A program made the position numbers and the translations under genes. From positions 1,576 through 65,575 of IMG/VR virus record IMGVR_UViG_3300025534_000213: a stretch of DNA of 64,000 nucleotides, one strand, 5' to 3'. This document shows, piece after piece, positions 1 through 9,705 of this stretch. The stretch's first letter is position 1. The number at the start of each line of letters is the position of its first letter. Source of the DNA: a virus. A model generated the notes under the pieces. The model had not been told where the DNA came from, ran no database searches, and was given only the letters and a program-made list of their open reading frames with translations.

Positions 1-2
1 TC

Positions 3-416
3 ATGGACAGGATCGAGGTGTTCGTCGCCATCGATGCCTCCGGCTCAATGACCGAGGAAATGCTGCGCGATCTGCTGTCGGAAGTGAAGGGCATCTGCAC
101 CACCTTCCGCGACTTCGTCGTGGATGTGGTGACCTTCGACACGGAGGTGTACGACCATCAGCGGTTCACCCCGGAAAATATCGACGACATCGACAAGTAT
201 CCCTGCAACGGAGGCGGCGGAACCGCTTTCGAAGCGGTGTGGGAATACCTCAAGAGGAACGGGATTGAGCCGCATCGCCTCGTGGTGTTCACCGACGGCT
301 TGCCGGGCGGGACGTGGGGTGACCCGGATTACTGCGACACCCTGTTCATCATCCACACCACGAAGAACATGCCTCCCTTCGGCATCGGTGTGGAATACGA
401 GCCGCGCGCCGAGTGA
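3..416 (+). CDS. vWA-like domain protein (DUF2201-type C-terminal domain), probably 5'-partial
   Basis: MIDAS motif DASGS, GGGGTAF and VVFTDG, typical of vWA partners of MoxR AAA ATPases in large phages; starts at the window edge. Confidence 0.75.
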   Translation: MDRIEVFVAIDASGSMTEEMLRDLLSEVKGICTTFRDFVVDVVTFDTEVYDHQRFTPENIDDIDKYPCNGGGGTAFEAVWEYLKRNGIEPHRLVVFTDGLPGGTWGDPDYCDTLFIIHTTKNMPPFGIGVEYEPRAE

Positions 417-420
417 ACAT

Positions 421-452
421 GAGGGAGGCTGCACCGAGCAGCCTCCCTCTTT
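421..452 (+). terminator. Rho-independent terminator-like hairpin
   Basis: GAGGGAGGCTGC-accga-GCAGCCTCCCTC, a perfect 12-bp stem followed by TTT, directly after the stop at 416. Confidence 0.65.
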
Positions 453-637
453 GCATCGTAAAGAGACCATCGTGGCGCCATGACGACCACCGATTCCCCC
501 AAAGTAGCCGCGCAACAGGCTCTCATGCACGCCGCCGAAGCCATCCGTGCGCCGGGCGCCGACCAGTTTGCGCCGATGAGTTGCGTGCGCCTGTCCTGAG
601 AAGGCACAAGTGATCCTGCATACCAGAAAGCCATTTC

Positions 638-1030
638 ATGTCTCCGCATCCCGACATCATCCGTCTTGAAGCCGCCTTCAAGGAAGCGAACAAGCGTGCC
701 GATGCCGCCCGCAAGCGGTTCAGTGAGCGTCTCGCAATCGACGAGCCGCTGCGCATCGAGCGAAACAGGCGCCTGCGCGCTTTCGAGGCCGATCCCTCCC
801 CCGCCAATGCCGAAACCTATCGCACGGTGCTTCACAAGCTGCTGCTGAGCGAGACCGAGACCGCCAAGGCGGATGAGGAGCGCAAGGTCGCCACGGCCGA
901 GGCCCTTGCCGCCTACGAAGCGTACGATGCCGTGCGGCGCCTGCTGGCGGCCTCCGAGGAGGTTCGGGCCATGGGTCTCGACCCGGTGGCGCTGATCGGC
1001 GCTGCAACCAAACAGACCGAATTAGGTTGA
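638..1030 (+). CDS. hypothetical helical/coiled-coil protein
   Basis: 130-aa ORF, Ala/Glu/Arg-rich, GC3-biased codons. Confidence 0.6.
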   Translation: MSPHPDIIRLEAAFKEANKRADAARKRFSERLAIDEPLRIERNRRLRAFEADPSPANAETYRTVLHKLLLSETETAKADEERKVATAEALAAYEAYDAVRRLLAASEEVRAMGLDPVALIGAATKQTELG

Positions 1031-1079
1031 CGCGAACCGGGTTAAGCGGCACCGTTTCTGGAACAGATCGGAGATAGTC

Positions 1080-1811
1080 ATGCGCCTCGGTTCCGCCCTG
1101 TTTCTTGGTCTTGCCATCCTGACCGCCAATGCCTTTCCGGCTGCCGCCCAAGGGTCATATACGGTGTTCTCCGGCACTGCCGATTTCACGGGCGGGTACC
1201 TGAAAGTCGAGTGCCTGATGGGCGACGTGGACAACGAACTTCGCGCCACCATCACCATCCGCGATGGCGGGAGCGCCAGCCTCTCCGACCGAGAGACCTT
1301 TGCGGTCACGGCGGGACGAACCGCCAGCGTCTTTACCGCCCAGCGGTTCTCGACCGACATCCTGCAATTCCGAACGATGGTTCGCGAACGGGATTTCGCC
1401 ACGTTCGAGGAGATCGGAAAGAGCCTTGCCCTGTTGGAGTCACCGCGCCCGTTCAAGGTTGAACTGCGCATTCCCAGCATCCATGCGCAGCGGACCTTCA
1501 CGAAATCGTCCGCCGTGAGCGAGGCCATTGCCATGTGTAAGCCGTCCACGGCCGCCGCCTATCGGGAGGCGCGCCGGATGCGCAATGCACGCGCCATCAT
1601 CACCTTGGCCGACTACTACGATTCAAAGTGCCGAGGCGGGGCGGGTGACGATCAGAGGACGCAGGAGGCGTGCGACGCGCGAACCGGTTATATGGAGCGC
1701 CTCAACGAACTGGGTTACTGCTACGGGCGCGAGAGTGAGTTCGGCTATCAGTACCAGTGGCATGTCTGTGGGTGGGATTCCTTCCGGAGCCCGTTCTCGC
1801 GACGCGGCTGA
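1080..1811 (+). CDS. secreted protein with Cys-rich C-terminal domain
   Basis: Signal peptide (MRLGSALFLGLAILTANAFPAAAQ); GGAG RBS; C-terminal CRGGAGD...C..R...GYCYG...WHVC. Confidence 0.65.
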   Translation: MRLGSALFLGLAILTANAFPAAAQGSYTVFSGTADFTGGYLKVECLMGDVDNELRATITIRDGGSASLSDRETFAVTAGRTASVFTAQRFSTDILQFRTMVRERDFATFEEIGKSLALLESPRPFKVELRIPSIHAQRTFTKSSAVSEAIAMCKPSTAAAYREARRMRNARAIITLADYYDSKCRGGAGDDQRTQEACDARTGYMERLNELGYCYGRESEFGYQYQWHVCGWDSFRSPFSRRG

Positions 1812-1837
1812 TCCTGCCTGCCAAACGACAAAAGCGG

Positions 1838-1865
1838 TTGTGGGAACCGCATTATATGGTAATCT
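1838..1865 (+). promoter_or_regulatory. sigma70-like early promoter
   Basis: A-tract + TTGTGG-16 nt-TAATCT upstream of 1886; may also drive cas3. Confidence 0.45.
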
Positions 1866-1885
1866 GTCCCCGGATGGAGGTTCTG

Positions 1886-2080
1886 ATGACCCAGCAAGTC
1901 CTTGCCGCCCTCGAAGCTGCTGCCCGCGATGCCATGCAGGACGATTTCCCGACCGTGCGGCATGAGGGGCAGCGGCGGCTGGATGGCCTGCTGGCGGAGA
2001 TCGGCAAGACGATGACGCCCGCCGAGGTACTGGCCTATGCCGAGAAGGCTCGTTGCGAGGAGGGCGGGCGGACGGTCTGA
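1886..2080 (+). CDS. small hypothetical protein
   Basis: ATG at 1886 with GGAGG RBS, in frame with ORF 1757..2080. Confidence 0.55.
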   Translation: MTQQVLAALEAAARDAMQDDFPTVRHEGQRRLDGLLAEIGKTMTPAEVLAYAEKARCEEGGRTV

Positions 2081-2237
2081 CCCCTCCCTGCCGCTCGGGA
2101 GTAAAGGGCGGCTCTGCATTTCAGAATGGATTGGATTTGGTGAACTCGAATTTTGAAATCACTCCGGCGCCGGATGGCGTCGTGCAGACCGTGTGGGCAA
2201 AGGAGGCGGCGGCTGGTCTGGCCGCTCTGATGCCCTG

Positions 2238-2552
2238 ATGCTCCCCGTGATCATGAATGCCCTGTTCTGGTGGACCGGCGCCGCCGTGTGGATGGCCGTC
2301 GCTCTGGTTCCCTTGATCCTAATGGTGCGGCTGATGCTCCATGCCGTCGAGGCTGCCGTGTTCGCGGAACGGCTGCGGCGTCATGATCGCAAGCCTACGT
2401 GGCGCCTTCGGTACTGGTGGTTCGCGTTCACGAATCCAGCGGACCTCGCCTATGTGGATGACGCCGAGGTGGAGTGGCCGCACTGGGGTGGTCGCGAGGA
2501 GGATTACTTCGGGCGGACGCACTACTTCACCTCCAAGCCGGACGCCACCTGA
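2238..2552 (+). CDS. small membrane protein
   Basis: N-terminal hydrophobic helix (ALFWWTGAAVWMAVALVPLILMV); ATG overlaps an upstream TGA. Confidence 0.5.
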   Translation: MLPVIMNALFWWTGAAVWMAVALVPLILMVRLMLHAVEAAVFAERLRRHDRKPTWRLRYWWFAFTNPADLAYVDDAEVEWPHWGGREEDYFGRTHYFTSKPDAT

Positions 2553-2633
2553 CCCGCAATACCGGCTCGCCGTAACAGGACTGCCCCCGGCGAGCCTGAT
2601 TTGAACTGCCTGCCATTTGAGAAAGCCATTGAG

Positions 2634-5429
2634 ATGCAGAGCGAGGTTACTGACCGCGAGCGCCGTCTCGCGAACGATCTCCGTGTGACGACACCCGAGG
2701 CGCTGCCCGCCTACCTGCATTTTTGGGGCAAGGCCACTCCGCCATCAGGTGCCGCCATGGGATGGCATCCGGCTGTTTATCACATGCTTGATGTGGCGGC
2801 CTGCTTCGATGTCCTGTTCGAGCATTGCCGACCGTCTTGGCTCGATCCTGCATACAAGGCGCATCTGTTGCTGCTGGTTGCCTTGCATGATATTGGCAAG
2901 ATAACGCGGTCTTTCCAACAACAGGCTCCGGACTACTGGCCTGCGGCGCTACTCGGGCCATTCAAGAAGGTTGCCCGGTCCAACCGCCACGATACGCTCG
3001 GCCACGATATCATCGGCTCCTTGCTGAGATACGAACTTGAGGCGCTTCTACCGGAATCCAAATATCAATTACACTGGTTGCCACTCGTGCGTGCCACCAC
3101 GGGTCACCATGGAAAGCCGCCGAAAGGCGTTGGTAGTCCTAATCTACCGCCAGAGGATTGCTGCGACACCTGCCAGACGCATGTGAGGAACATCTTCAAG
3201 GATTTCTGCGATCTGTTCCTCGGTAAAAACCGGGGCAACGCCATACTCGACAAGGCGGCGCCATCCGAGCAGGTTAAGCGGATGCACTGGTGGTTCGCCG
3301 GGATCGTGAATCTGGCGGATTGGATCGGGTCCTCGTCCGCGTGGTTCCCATACACGGCACCGAGTATGCCGCTCGACCGATATTACGAACTCGCGCGTCA
3401 ACGCGCCGAGGTGGCGTGCTCGCAGGCTGGTGTCCTCCCTGCCAAGAGCAATCGCCTGCTCAGCTTCGCCGAGTTGTTCGGCATTCCTACGCCGTCGCCT
3501 GTGCAGAACTGGTGCGCCACGGTCCCACTTCCCGAGGGCGGAAAACTAGTATTCATCGAGGACGAGACCGGGAATGGCAAGACTGAGGCAGCCTTGATGC
3601 TGGCTCACCGCATGATGGTGGCTGGCGATGCAACAGGGCTGTTCTGCGCCATGCCGACCATGGCGACCGCCAATGCGATGTATGATCGGTGCGGGAAGTA
3701 TTTCCGGCGGTTCTTCGCCGCTGGCACGAAGCCGTCGCTGGCTCTGGCGCATGGCAAGAAGCACCTCAACGAGGCATTCCAACTGTCCCTCTCGCGGCAT
3801 CTCCACCAGAGCGTCCGCGATATAGAAGATGGCGACCTTGATGAGGGCGACACGACAGGTGTGGAATGTGCCACGTGGATCGGTAGCGATAACCGTCGGG
3901 CCTTCTTGGCCGACGTGGGCGTTGGTACGATAGATCAGGCCCTCCTAGGCGTGATGCGCAGCAAGTTCGGAATGCTGCGGCTTTTCGGGTTGTCGCGCCG
4001 TGTGCTCATCATTGACGAGGCGCACGCCTACGACTCCTACATGATCGAGATCATCAAGCGGTTGCTGGAATTCCATGCTCGGCTTGGCGGGTCGGCGATC
4101 ATCCTCTCCGCCACCTTGCCGCTCTCCATGCGCAACCAGCTTGCGGCTGCCTTCGCCACGGGCCTCGGAAATACGACGCTACCACCCTTGACCGCGACCG
4201 GATACCCATTGGCGACCATGGTGTCGGCCAGTGGCGTGGTCGAGGAGCATGATGCGCTGGTGGCCGGGACCCCTCGAAAGCGTGGCCGTGGCCCCGCGCG
4301 GGTCGAGGTTATCAGCGATTTCGAAAGCGTGCTTCGTGAGATCGAAAACGCGGCCCAGTCCCACGCGACCGTAGCGTGGATCAGGAACACCGTGCGGGAT
4401 GCGACCACGGCAGCCCGCATCCTTCGTGAGCGGGGACTGGACGTGACCTTGTTCCATGCCCGCTTCACCGCCGGAGACCGTGCGGACATCGAGACCGAGG
4501 TTCTTGCTGCATTCGGGAAGGAGAGTAGCCGTCCCGGCCGGGATGGGCGGGTGGTCGTAGCGACGCAGGTCATCGAGCAAAGCCTTGACCTCGATTTCGA
4601 CCTGATCGTCTCGGACCCGGCGCCCGTTGACCTCCTGATTCAGCGGGCCGGGCGTCTCTGGCGCCATATCCGCGATGACCGCCCTCTGAGCGAGCCTCGT
4701 TTCATTATCGCGGCTCCAATGCCCGTTGATGACCCGCCTTCCGGATGGCTCGAAGGGATGACGGAGGACGATCTCACCGTCGCCGCTGCGCGGATTATCT
4801 ATCGGGATGCGGCGTTGCTTTGGCGGAGCGTCCGAATCACCAAGGGAGAGGGCTCCATCGGCAGCTTGGATGGCATCCGCCGAATGGTGGAGGCCGCCTA
4901 CGACAAGAGGAGCTTCGGAGCATATGGAAAGCAGTTTATCCCGTCCGGCTTGGAATCCTCCGCTGAATGGGCAGCTACAGGAGACAAAAAATCTACGTGG
5001 ATGGGCCAGAATGCCCCCCTGACCTACATCGGCGGCTACTCCGGGGGACAATGGGAAGATGACACGCTGATTCAGACCCGTCTTGGCAAGCCAGCCGTGG
5101 TGGCCCGCTTGGCCCGTGAGGAAAACGGCAAGCTAGTCCCGTTCTACCCGTCCGAGCGGCCGGGTGCGGCGGCTTGGGCCATGTCCGAGGTAACCTCGTC
5201 CTACGTGGACCTCACTCACATCGAGTACGAGGCGAGGGTCGATGCTCTGGTACGCTCTGCCAAGCGTAACTGGGGAAGTAACGACAAGCGCATACCGCTC
5301 ATCCCGTTGCAGGCCCAGCCAGACGGTAGCTGGAAGGCGGTTGTGTCGTTCGGAACCAGCGATGGCGAAACGGGCGACCTGCTCATCAGCTACCACCAGC
5401 GCGAAGGATTTTTTGCCAAGCGCACCTAA
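2634..5429 (+). CDS. cas3: CRISPR-associated HD nuclease-helicase Cas3 (type I-E)
   Basis: HD-domain motifs HMLDVA, LHDIGK, GHHG, LADWIGS; SF2 helicase motifs TGNGKT, DEAH, LSAT, ATQVIEQSLD, QRAGRLWRH; ATG at 2634 preferred over TTG at 2601. Confidence 0.96.
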   Translation: MQSEVTDRERRLANDLRVTTPEALPAYLHFWGKATPPSGAAMGWHPAVYHMLDVAACFDVLFEHCRPSWLDPAYKAHLLLLVALHDIGKITRSFQQQAPDYWPAALLGPFKKVARSNRHDTLGHDIIGSLLRYELEALLPESKYQLHWLPLVRATTGHHGKPPKGVGSPNLPPEDCCDTCQTHVRNIFKDFCDLFLGKNRGNAILDKAAPSEQVKRMHWWFAGIVNLADWIGSSSAWFPYTAPSMPLDRYYELARQRAEVACSQAGVLPAKSNRLLSFAELFGIPTPSPVQNWCATVPLPEGGKLVFIEDETGNGKTEAALMLAHRMMVAGDATGLFCAMPTMATANAMYDRCGKYFRRFFAAGTKPSLALAHGKKHLNEAFQLSLSRHLHQSVRDIEDGDLDEGDTTGVECATWIGSDNRRAFLADVGVGTIDQALLGVMRSKFGMLRLFGLSRRVLIIDEAHAYDSYMIEIIKRLLEFHARLGGSAIILSATLPLSMRNQLAAAFATGLGNTTLPPLTATGYPLATMVSASGVVEEHDALVAGTPRKRGRGPARVEVISDFESVLREIENAAQSHATVAWIRNTVRDATTAARILRERGLDVTLFHARFTAGDRADIETEVLAAFGKESSRPGRDGRVVVATQVIEQSLDLDFDLIVSDPAPVDLLIQRAGRLWRHIRDDRPLSEPRFIIAAPMPVDDPPSGWLEGMTEDDLTVAAARIIYRDAALLWRSVRITKGEGSIGSLDGIRRMVEAAYDKRSFGAYGKQFIPSGLESSAEWAATGDKKSTWMGQNAPLTYIGGYSGGQWEDDTLIQTRLGKPAVVARLAREENGKLVPFYPSERPGAAAWAMSEVTSSYVDLTHIEYEARVDALVRSAKRNWGSNDKRIPLIPLQAQPDGSWKAVVSFGTSDGETGDLLISYHQREGFFAKRT

Positions 5430-5437
5430 AAAGTTCG

Positions 5438-5502
5438 TTGACCAAACGATGATACGCTGGTAGCGAGAGCCGCACAGACATCACCGCACCGATTTCAGAA
5501 GG
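5438..5502 (+). promoter_or_regulatory. putative promoter and leader motif of the Cascade operon
   Basis: A-tract + GTTGACC -35 box like other promoters in the window (weak -10), followed by GATTTCAGAAGG at 5491-5502. Confidence 0.4.
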
Positions 5503-5514
5503 CGTTTTGGCAGA

Positions 5515-7134
5515 ATGAACCTGCTCACCGACCCGTGGATTCCCGTATTTTTGAAGGACGGCACCAAGGCCACAATCAGCCCGGCGGGTATCGCCGATCA
5601 ACAGAACCCGCCCATGCGCGTGGCGTGGCCGCGCCCTGATTTCCGCCTCGGTGCGATGGAACTCCTGATCGGCATAATGGCGGTGGCATTGGCCCCTTCG
5701 ACCGAGGAAAGGCTGCTGGAATTGCAGAGCGAGAAGCCGTCGGAGGCCGATCTCCGGACTTTCTTTGCCCCCATAGCCCACGCCTTCAATTTCGACGGGG
5801 ATGGCCCGCGCTTCATGCAGGACTTTGATCCGCATTTCGAAGTGCGCAAAAAGGAAAATGAGAACTGCGACCCAATCCTGCTGTTGATTGATGGACCCGG
5901 TGGTCGGACCGCCGAAAACAATACTGACTGGTTCGTCAAGCGCGCACCCGACAAGGTAGTCATGTCTCGCGCCACGGCCGCGATGGCGCTGTACGTGTTG
6001 CAGACCTATGCCCCTAAGGGCGGCAGAGGGCACATGACTGGTTTTCGCGGAGGTGGACCACTGACAACCTTGGTGATTCCGTTCCGCGATGCGACCCTGT
6101 ATGACATCGTGCTTGCCAACCTCCCTGTTTTGAAAACGCAAGGTCCGATCCAGCCGAGCGACCATGCGCACATCTTCTCGTGGCTGGCTCCAATGCCAAC
6201 CACACTGACCCCCCAAAATGTGCATGAGTTGCAGGCGTTCTTTGGGATGCCACGCCGCATTCGGCTGCATTTCCAAGATGTGGACGGTGCGACGTGCCAT
6301 ATCACGGGTGATGCTGACACGAAGGTGGTCACCGGTTTCCGCCGAGCCCCCTATGGGATTAGGTACAGCGACATCGTGATGCGGCACCCGCTGAGCCCGT
6401 ATGCTCCCAAGAAGGGTAAGTACGAAGCGGTGGCCGCAAAGAGCACGGGTATCGGTTGGAACGACTATCTCGGCCTCGCTGTTGGCAACTCCGCAACCAA
6501 GCAGGATTCAGCCGCGTCCGTGACGACGTTTCGTGACCTCGTCAACAACGTTGACGCGCGTATCTATGCGGCCGGGTTCGCAATGGCCGATGCTAAGGCC
6601 GAGGCATTCGTTGAGGCCGAAATGCCCATGCCTCTGTTCACCGACAAGACTGCGCAGGCCAAGTTCGATAGGCGCCTTACGGATTTGATTGAGGCCAGTG
6701 CCCTCGTTTCGAAGCACCTCCAAGCCGCAGTCTTTTATGCGACCGGCTCGGAGGCGCGCACGTTCGACGTAAACAAGACACTTATGCATATGGTCGAGCG
6801 CCGGTTCTGGGAAGAAACCCAGAACCCGTTCAACAAGACCCTGAGTAATTGGACGCGCGCGATCCGCGCCGAAACGCCTCTACCGGACAACTGGGGCGAC
6901 GAATGGCGTGAGGAGCTAAAACGCGTCGCGCTGAATATCTACGACGACTTTGTTGACCTCGATCCGAAGCATCCCCGCTTCGCCAAAGCAGGAAAGGCGG
7001 CAAGCGGTAAAGAGAAATCGCCGTATGTCCGGGCGGTGGAACAGAGAAAGCGTCTTTGGTTTCTGCTACACGGATACAGCGAGGCCGGGTGCGATCTGTA
7101 TCGCAAGCTCGGGCTGCTGCCTACTTCGTCCTGA
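5515..7134 (+). CDS. cas8e: Cascade large subunit Cas8e (CasA/Cse1)
   Basis: MNLLTDPWIPV start, FNFDGDGPRFMQD, GGRGHMTGFRGGGPLTTLV, FFGMPRRIRL, HPLSPY; lies after cas3. Confidence 0.95.
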   Translation: MNLLTDPWIPVFLKDGTKATISPAGIADQQNPPMRVAWPRPDFRLGAMELLIGIMAVALAPSTEERLLELQSEKPSEADLRTFFAPIAHAFNFDGDGPRFMQDFDPHFEVRKKENENCDPILLLIDGPGGRTAENNTDWFVKRAPDKVVMSRATAAMALYVLQTYAPKGGRGHMTGFRGGGPLTTLVIPFRDATLYDIVLANLPVLKTQGPIQPSDHAHIFSWLAPMPTTLTPQNVHELQAFFGMPRRIRLHFQDVDGATCHITGDADTKVVTGFRRAPYGIRYSDIVMRHPLSPYAPKKGKYEAVAAKSTGIGWNDYLGLAVGNSATKQDSAASVTTFRDLVNNVDARIYAAGFAMADAKAEAFVEAEMPMPLFTDKTAQAKFDRRLTDLIEASALVSKHLQAAVFYATGSEARTFDVNKTLMHMVERRFWEETQNPFNKTLSNWTRAIRAETPLPDNWGDEWREELKRVALNIYDDFVDLDPKHPRFAKAGKAASGKEKSPYVRAVEQRKRLWFLLHGYSEAGCDLYRKLGLLPTSS

Positions 7135-7172
7135 GCCCCCTTCATCGCATAACGCTTTTTTTAGAGATTGAA

Positions 7173-7682
7173 ATGTCAGACATTGAAAAGGCGACGATCA
7201 AAGTTGGCGCGGAAGCCTATGAATGGTGGCGGGGGTTGCAACCGGCGCCGGTTGGAAGCGGTCGAGGTGACAAGGCCGCGCTCAGCAAGTTATCGCGTGC
7301 TCCTGATCCCCTGTCTGCCTTAATGGTTTCTGCCACCATCGATCTGTGGAAAAGGCTCGGAAGCAAAGACTACGATGCGGATCGGGTTGCCGTTATGGCT
7401 GCCGTGCTTGCACGGGTCAAAAAGAACGATTCGGAGCGAGTTGCGCGCAGGCTTGGCGAGGGGCGGCGAGTTAAGGAGGTGCGATTCAGCCGTCTTATCA
7501 GCACGGACGATCCGACCGACTTGATGAGGCAGTTGGGTCGGGTAATTCGCATGATCGACGATTGTGCCAACGTTAGGGATTTGGCAGAGTCAATTTATGA
7601 CTTGACTGATCCTTTGCGCGCTGGTAGTCGTCGCCGTCGTTGGTTGTACGACTACCATGGCGCGTCTATGGACGACGCCTGA
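7173..7682 (+). CDS. cas11: Cascade small subunit Cas11 (CasB/Cse2)
   Basis: WWRGL...GDKAALSKLSRA, AAVLARVK, RFSRLI, RRRWLYDY; lies between cas8e and cas7. Confidence 0.9.
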   Translation: MSDIEKATIKVGAEAYEWWRGLQPAPVGSGRGDKAALSKLSRAPDPLSALMVSATIDLWKRLGSKDYDADRVAVMAAVLARVKKNDSERVARRLGEGRRVKEVRFSRLISTDDPTDLMRQLGRVIRMIDDCANVRDLAESIYDLTDPLRAGSRRRRWLYDYHGASMDDA

Positions 7683-7714
7683 TTTTCTTCCGCCTTTTTT
7701 AGAAAGCCACACCC

Positions 7715-8914
7715 ATGACCACATTCATTCAGCTTCACTTCCTGACGAAGTATCCGGTCAGCAACCCGAACCGCGATGATCTGGGGCAGCCCAAGACGGT
7801 GAATTTCTGGGGCACCCCTCGCGGTCGCATCTCCTCGCAGTCGCTCAAGAGAGCCGTGCGGACCTCGGAAATCTTCCGGGAAGCGTTCACGAACAATCCG
7901 TTGGGTGTGCGCACGAAGCTCGTCGGCCAGAAGATCATCGAGCACCTGACCGGTCAGGGTGTTGCGGACGATAAGGCAACCGAGGTTGCCGTCGCCCTCG
8001 TCGCCCTTCTCAACGACAAGAAGGCCGAGGATGAAAAGAAGAACAAGAAGGGTGCCAAGAATGGTGGCAAGAAGGGCAGCAAGAAGGGCAGCAAGAAGGG
8101 TGCCGACGCCAACGAGGTCGTAGAGGATGCGTTCGGTGAGGATGTGGAGGATATCGACGACAACGAGGAGTCGGAAAAGTCCGATTCCGCCAAGAAGATC
8201 GTCTTGGAGACGGGCCAGCTTGTGCATCTGTCGCCCTTCGAGATCGACCAGATCATGAAGGTTGCGACCGAAGTGGCGAACGGCGCTCCGGTACCAACCA
8301 GCATTGATGTGCTGCTGAGCAATAAGAACATCAGCCCGGATATCGCCATGCATGGGCGCATGATGGCGAGCCATCCCCACTATACCTGCGAGGCGGCCGT
8401 GCAGGTATCGCATTCCATTACCACACACGCCGTGAAGGTTGAGGATGACTTTTTCTCGGCGGTGGATGACTGGAACAATGCGAACAAAGGCTCGGGCCAC
8501 ATCGGTGACCGAAGCTTTCTCGGCGGCGGCGTGTTCCACACCTATGTCTGCATCAACTATGACCTGTTGGTCAGCAATCTGGGTGGAAACACGGAACTGG
8601 CAAAAGAGACCATGGTGACCTTTCTGCGCGCCATGATGGAGGATGGTCCGCGTGGGATGCAGGCATCCTACGGGTCGCGTGTCCGCACCGGTTATGTGCT
8701 GATAGAGCGTGGGACCCAAATGCCGTTCACCAGCCAGACGCATTTCGACGTTCCGGTAACCGGTAACGACCTCATGTTGGAGTCCATTAAGCGTTTGCGG
8801 GACGAGCGAGATGCAACGCACGCACTCTACGACGAGGAGATTGACAAAATCGAATTCGGTTCGGGCCTGCCCACCAAACCTAAGGACCTGTACGATTTCC
8901 TGAGGGACACGTGA
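7715..8914 (+). CDS. cas7: Cascade backbone Cas7 (CasC/Cse4)
   Basis: FIQLHFLTKYPVSNPNRDDLGQPKT, RISSQSLKR, DIAMHGRM, AAVQVSHSITTH, EDDFFSAVDD. Confidence 0.96.
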   Translation: MTTFIQLHFLTKYPVSNPNRDDLGQPKTVNFWGTPRGRISSQSLKRAVRTSEIFREAFTNNPLGVRTKLVGQKIIEHLTGQGVADDKATEVAVALVALLNDKKAEDEKKNKKGAKNGGKKGSKKGSKKGADANEVVEDAFGEDVEDIDDNEESEKSDSAKKIVLETGQLVHLSPFEIDQIMKVATEVANGAPVPTSIDVLLSNKNISPDIAMHGRMMASHPHYTCEAAVQVSHSITTHAVKVEDDFFSAVDDWNNANKGSGHIGDRSFLGGGVFHTYVCINYDLLVSNLGGNTELAKETMVTFLRAMMEDGPRGMQASYGSRVRTGYVLIERGTQMPFTSQTHFDVPVTGNDLMLESIKRLRDERDATHALYDEEIDKIEFGSGLPTKPKDLYDFLRDT

Positions 8915-9645
8915 GCCAAATGCGGACCTACCTCACCTACGGCATCTACGCACCCATCGGTTCGATGGGTGCGGTAGCGGTGGCCTCGAAGCGTGTGGGC
9001 TGGGATAGGCCCGCACGCTCGGCGATGCTCGGAATGATTGGTGCCGCGCTTGGGATCGAGCGTGACGATGAGAATGCGATCCAGACCCTTGAGCAGGAAA
9101 CGGGGTTGGCGATGCTGATCGTCCGTCCCGGTACTCCCTTCGAGGATTTTCACACGACGCAGGTCCCGAGTGGGAAGGGAAACTGGCGCACTCGGGCCGA
9201 GGAACTCGCTGCCGTGAAAGGCAAAGACAACCCGATTGTCTCATGGCGGGAATATCGCAGCGATGTGGCGCTGCTCGCCACCGTCTGGCATAGGACCGAT
9301 ACACCTCGGTTTCCGCTGGTTCGTATTGCGGAGGCTCTCGAACACCCCCATTTCGTGCTCTACCTTGGCCGTAAGGCGTGCCCGCTCGGACTGCCCTTGG
9401 CGCCCCGCATTGTTGAGGCCGAGACGCCCATCGCCGCCCTCATGAACCGGCGTGACACCGGACCTGAGCGCAAGTTCTTCAAGAAAGAGAGACCCAGTCG
9501 TGCGCCGCAGCCCTATATTGTGCTCGATGTAAGCGATGCACCGGAAGGGGAGGCCGCTCGCATCGAATTTCGATCTGATCGGTTGGCTAGCCGGAAGCGG
9601 TGGCAGTTCCTCCCGCGCGGTGAGGCCATCATTCCGCTTGTCTGA
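8911..9645 (+). CDS. cas5: Cascade subunit Cas5 (CasD)
   Basis: APIGSMG...R...PARSAMLGMIGAALGIER, DFHT, REY..D, LYLGRKACP. Confidence 0.95.
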   Translation: MSQMRTYLTYGIYAPIGSMGAVAVASKRVGWDRPARSAMLGMIGAALGIERDDENAIQTLEQETGLAMLIVRPGTPFEDFHTTQVPSGKGNWRTRAEELAAVKGKDNPIVSWREYRSDVALLATVWHRTDTPRFPLVRIAEALEHPHFVLYLGRKACPLGLPLAPRIVEAETPIAALMNRRDTGPERKFFKKERPSRAPQPYIVLDVSDAPEGEAARIEFRSDRLASRKRWQFLPRGEAIIPLV

Positions 9646-9705
9646 CCGAGAAAATTCGGTTTAACTGGACGCAATTACAAAAGCCATTTGGACCTCGGAA
9701 ACGAT

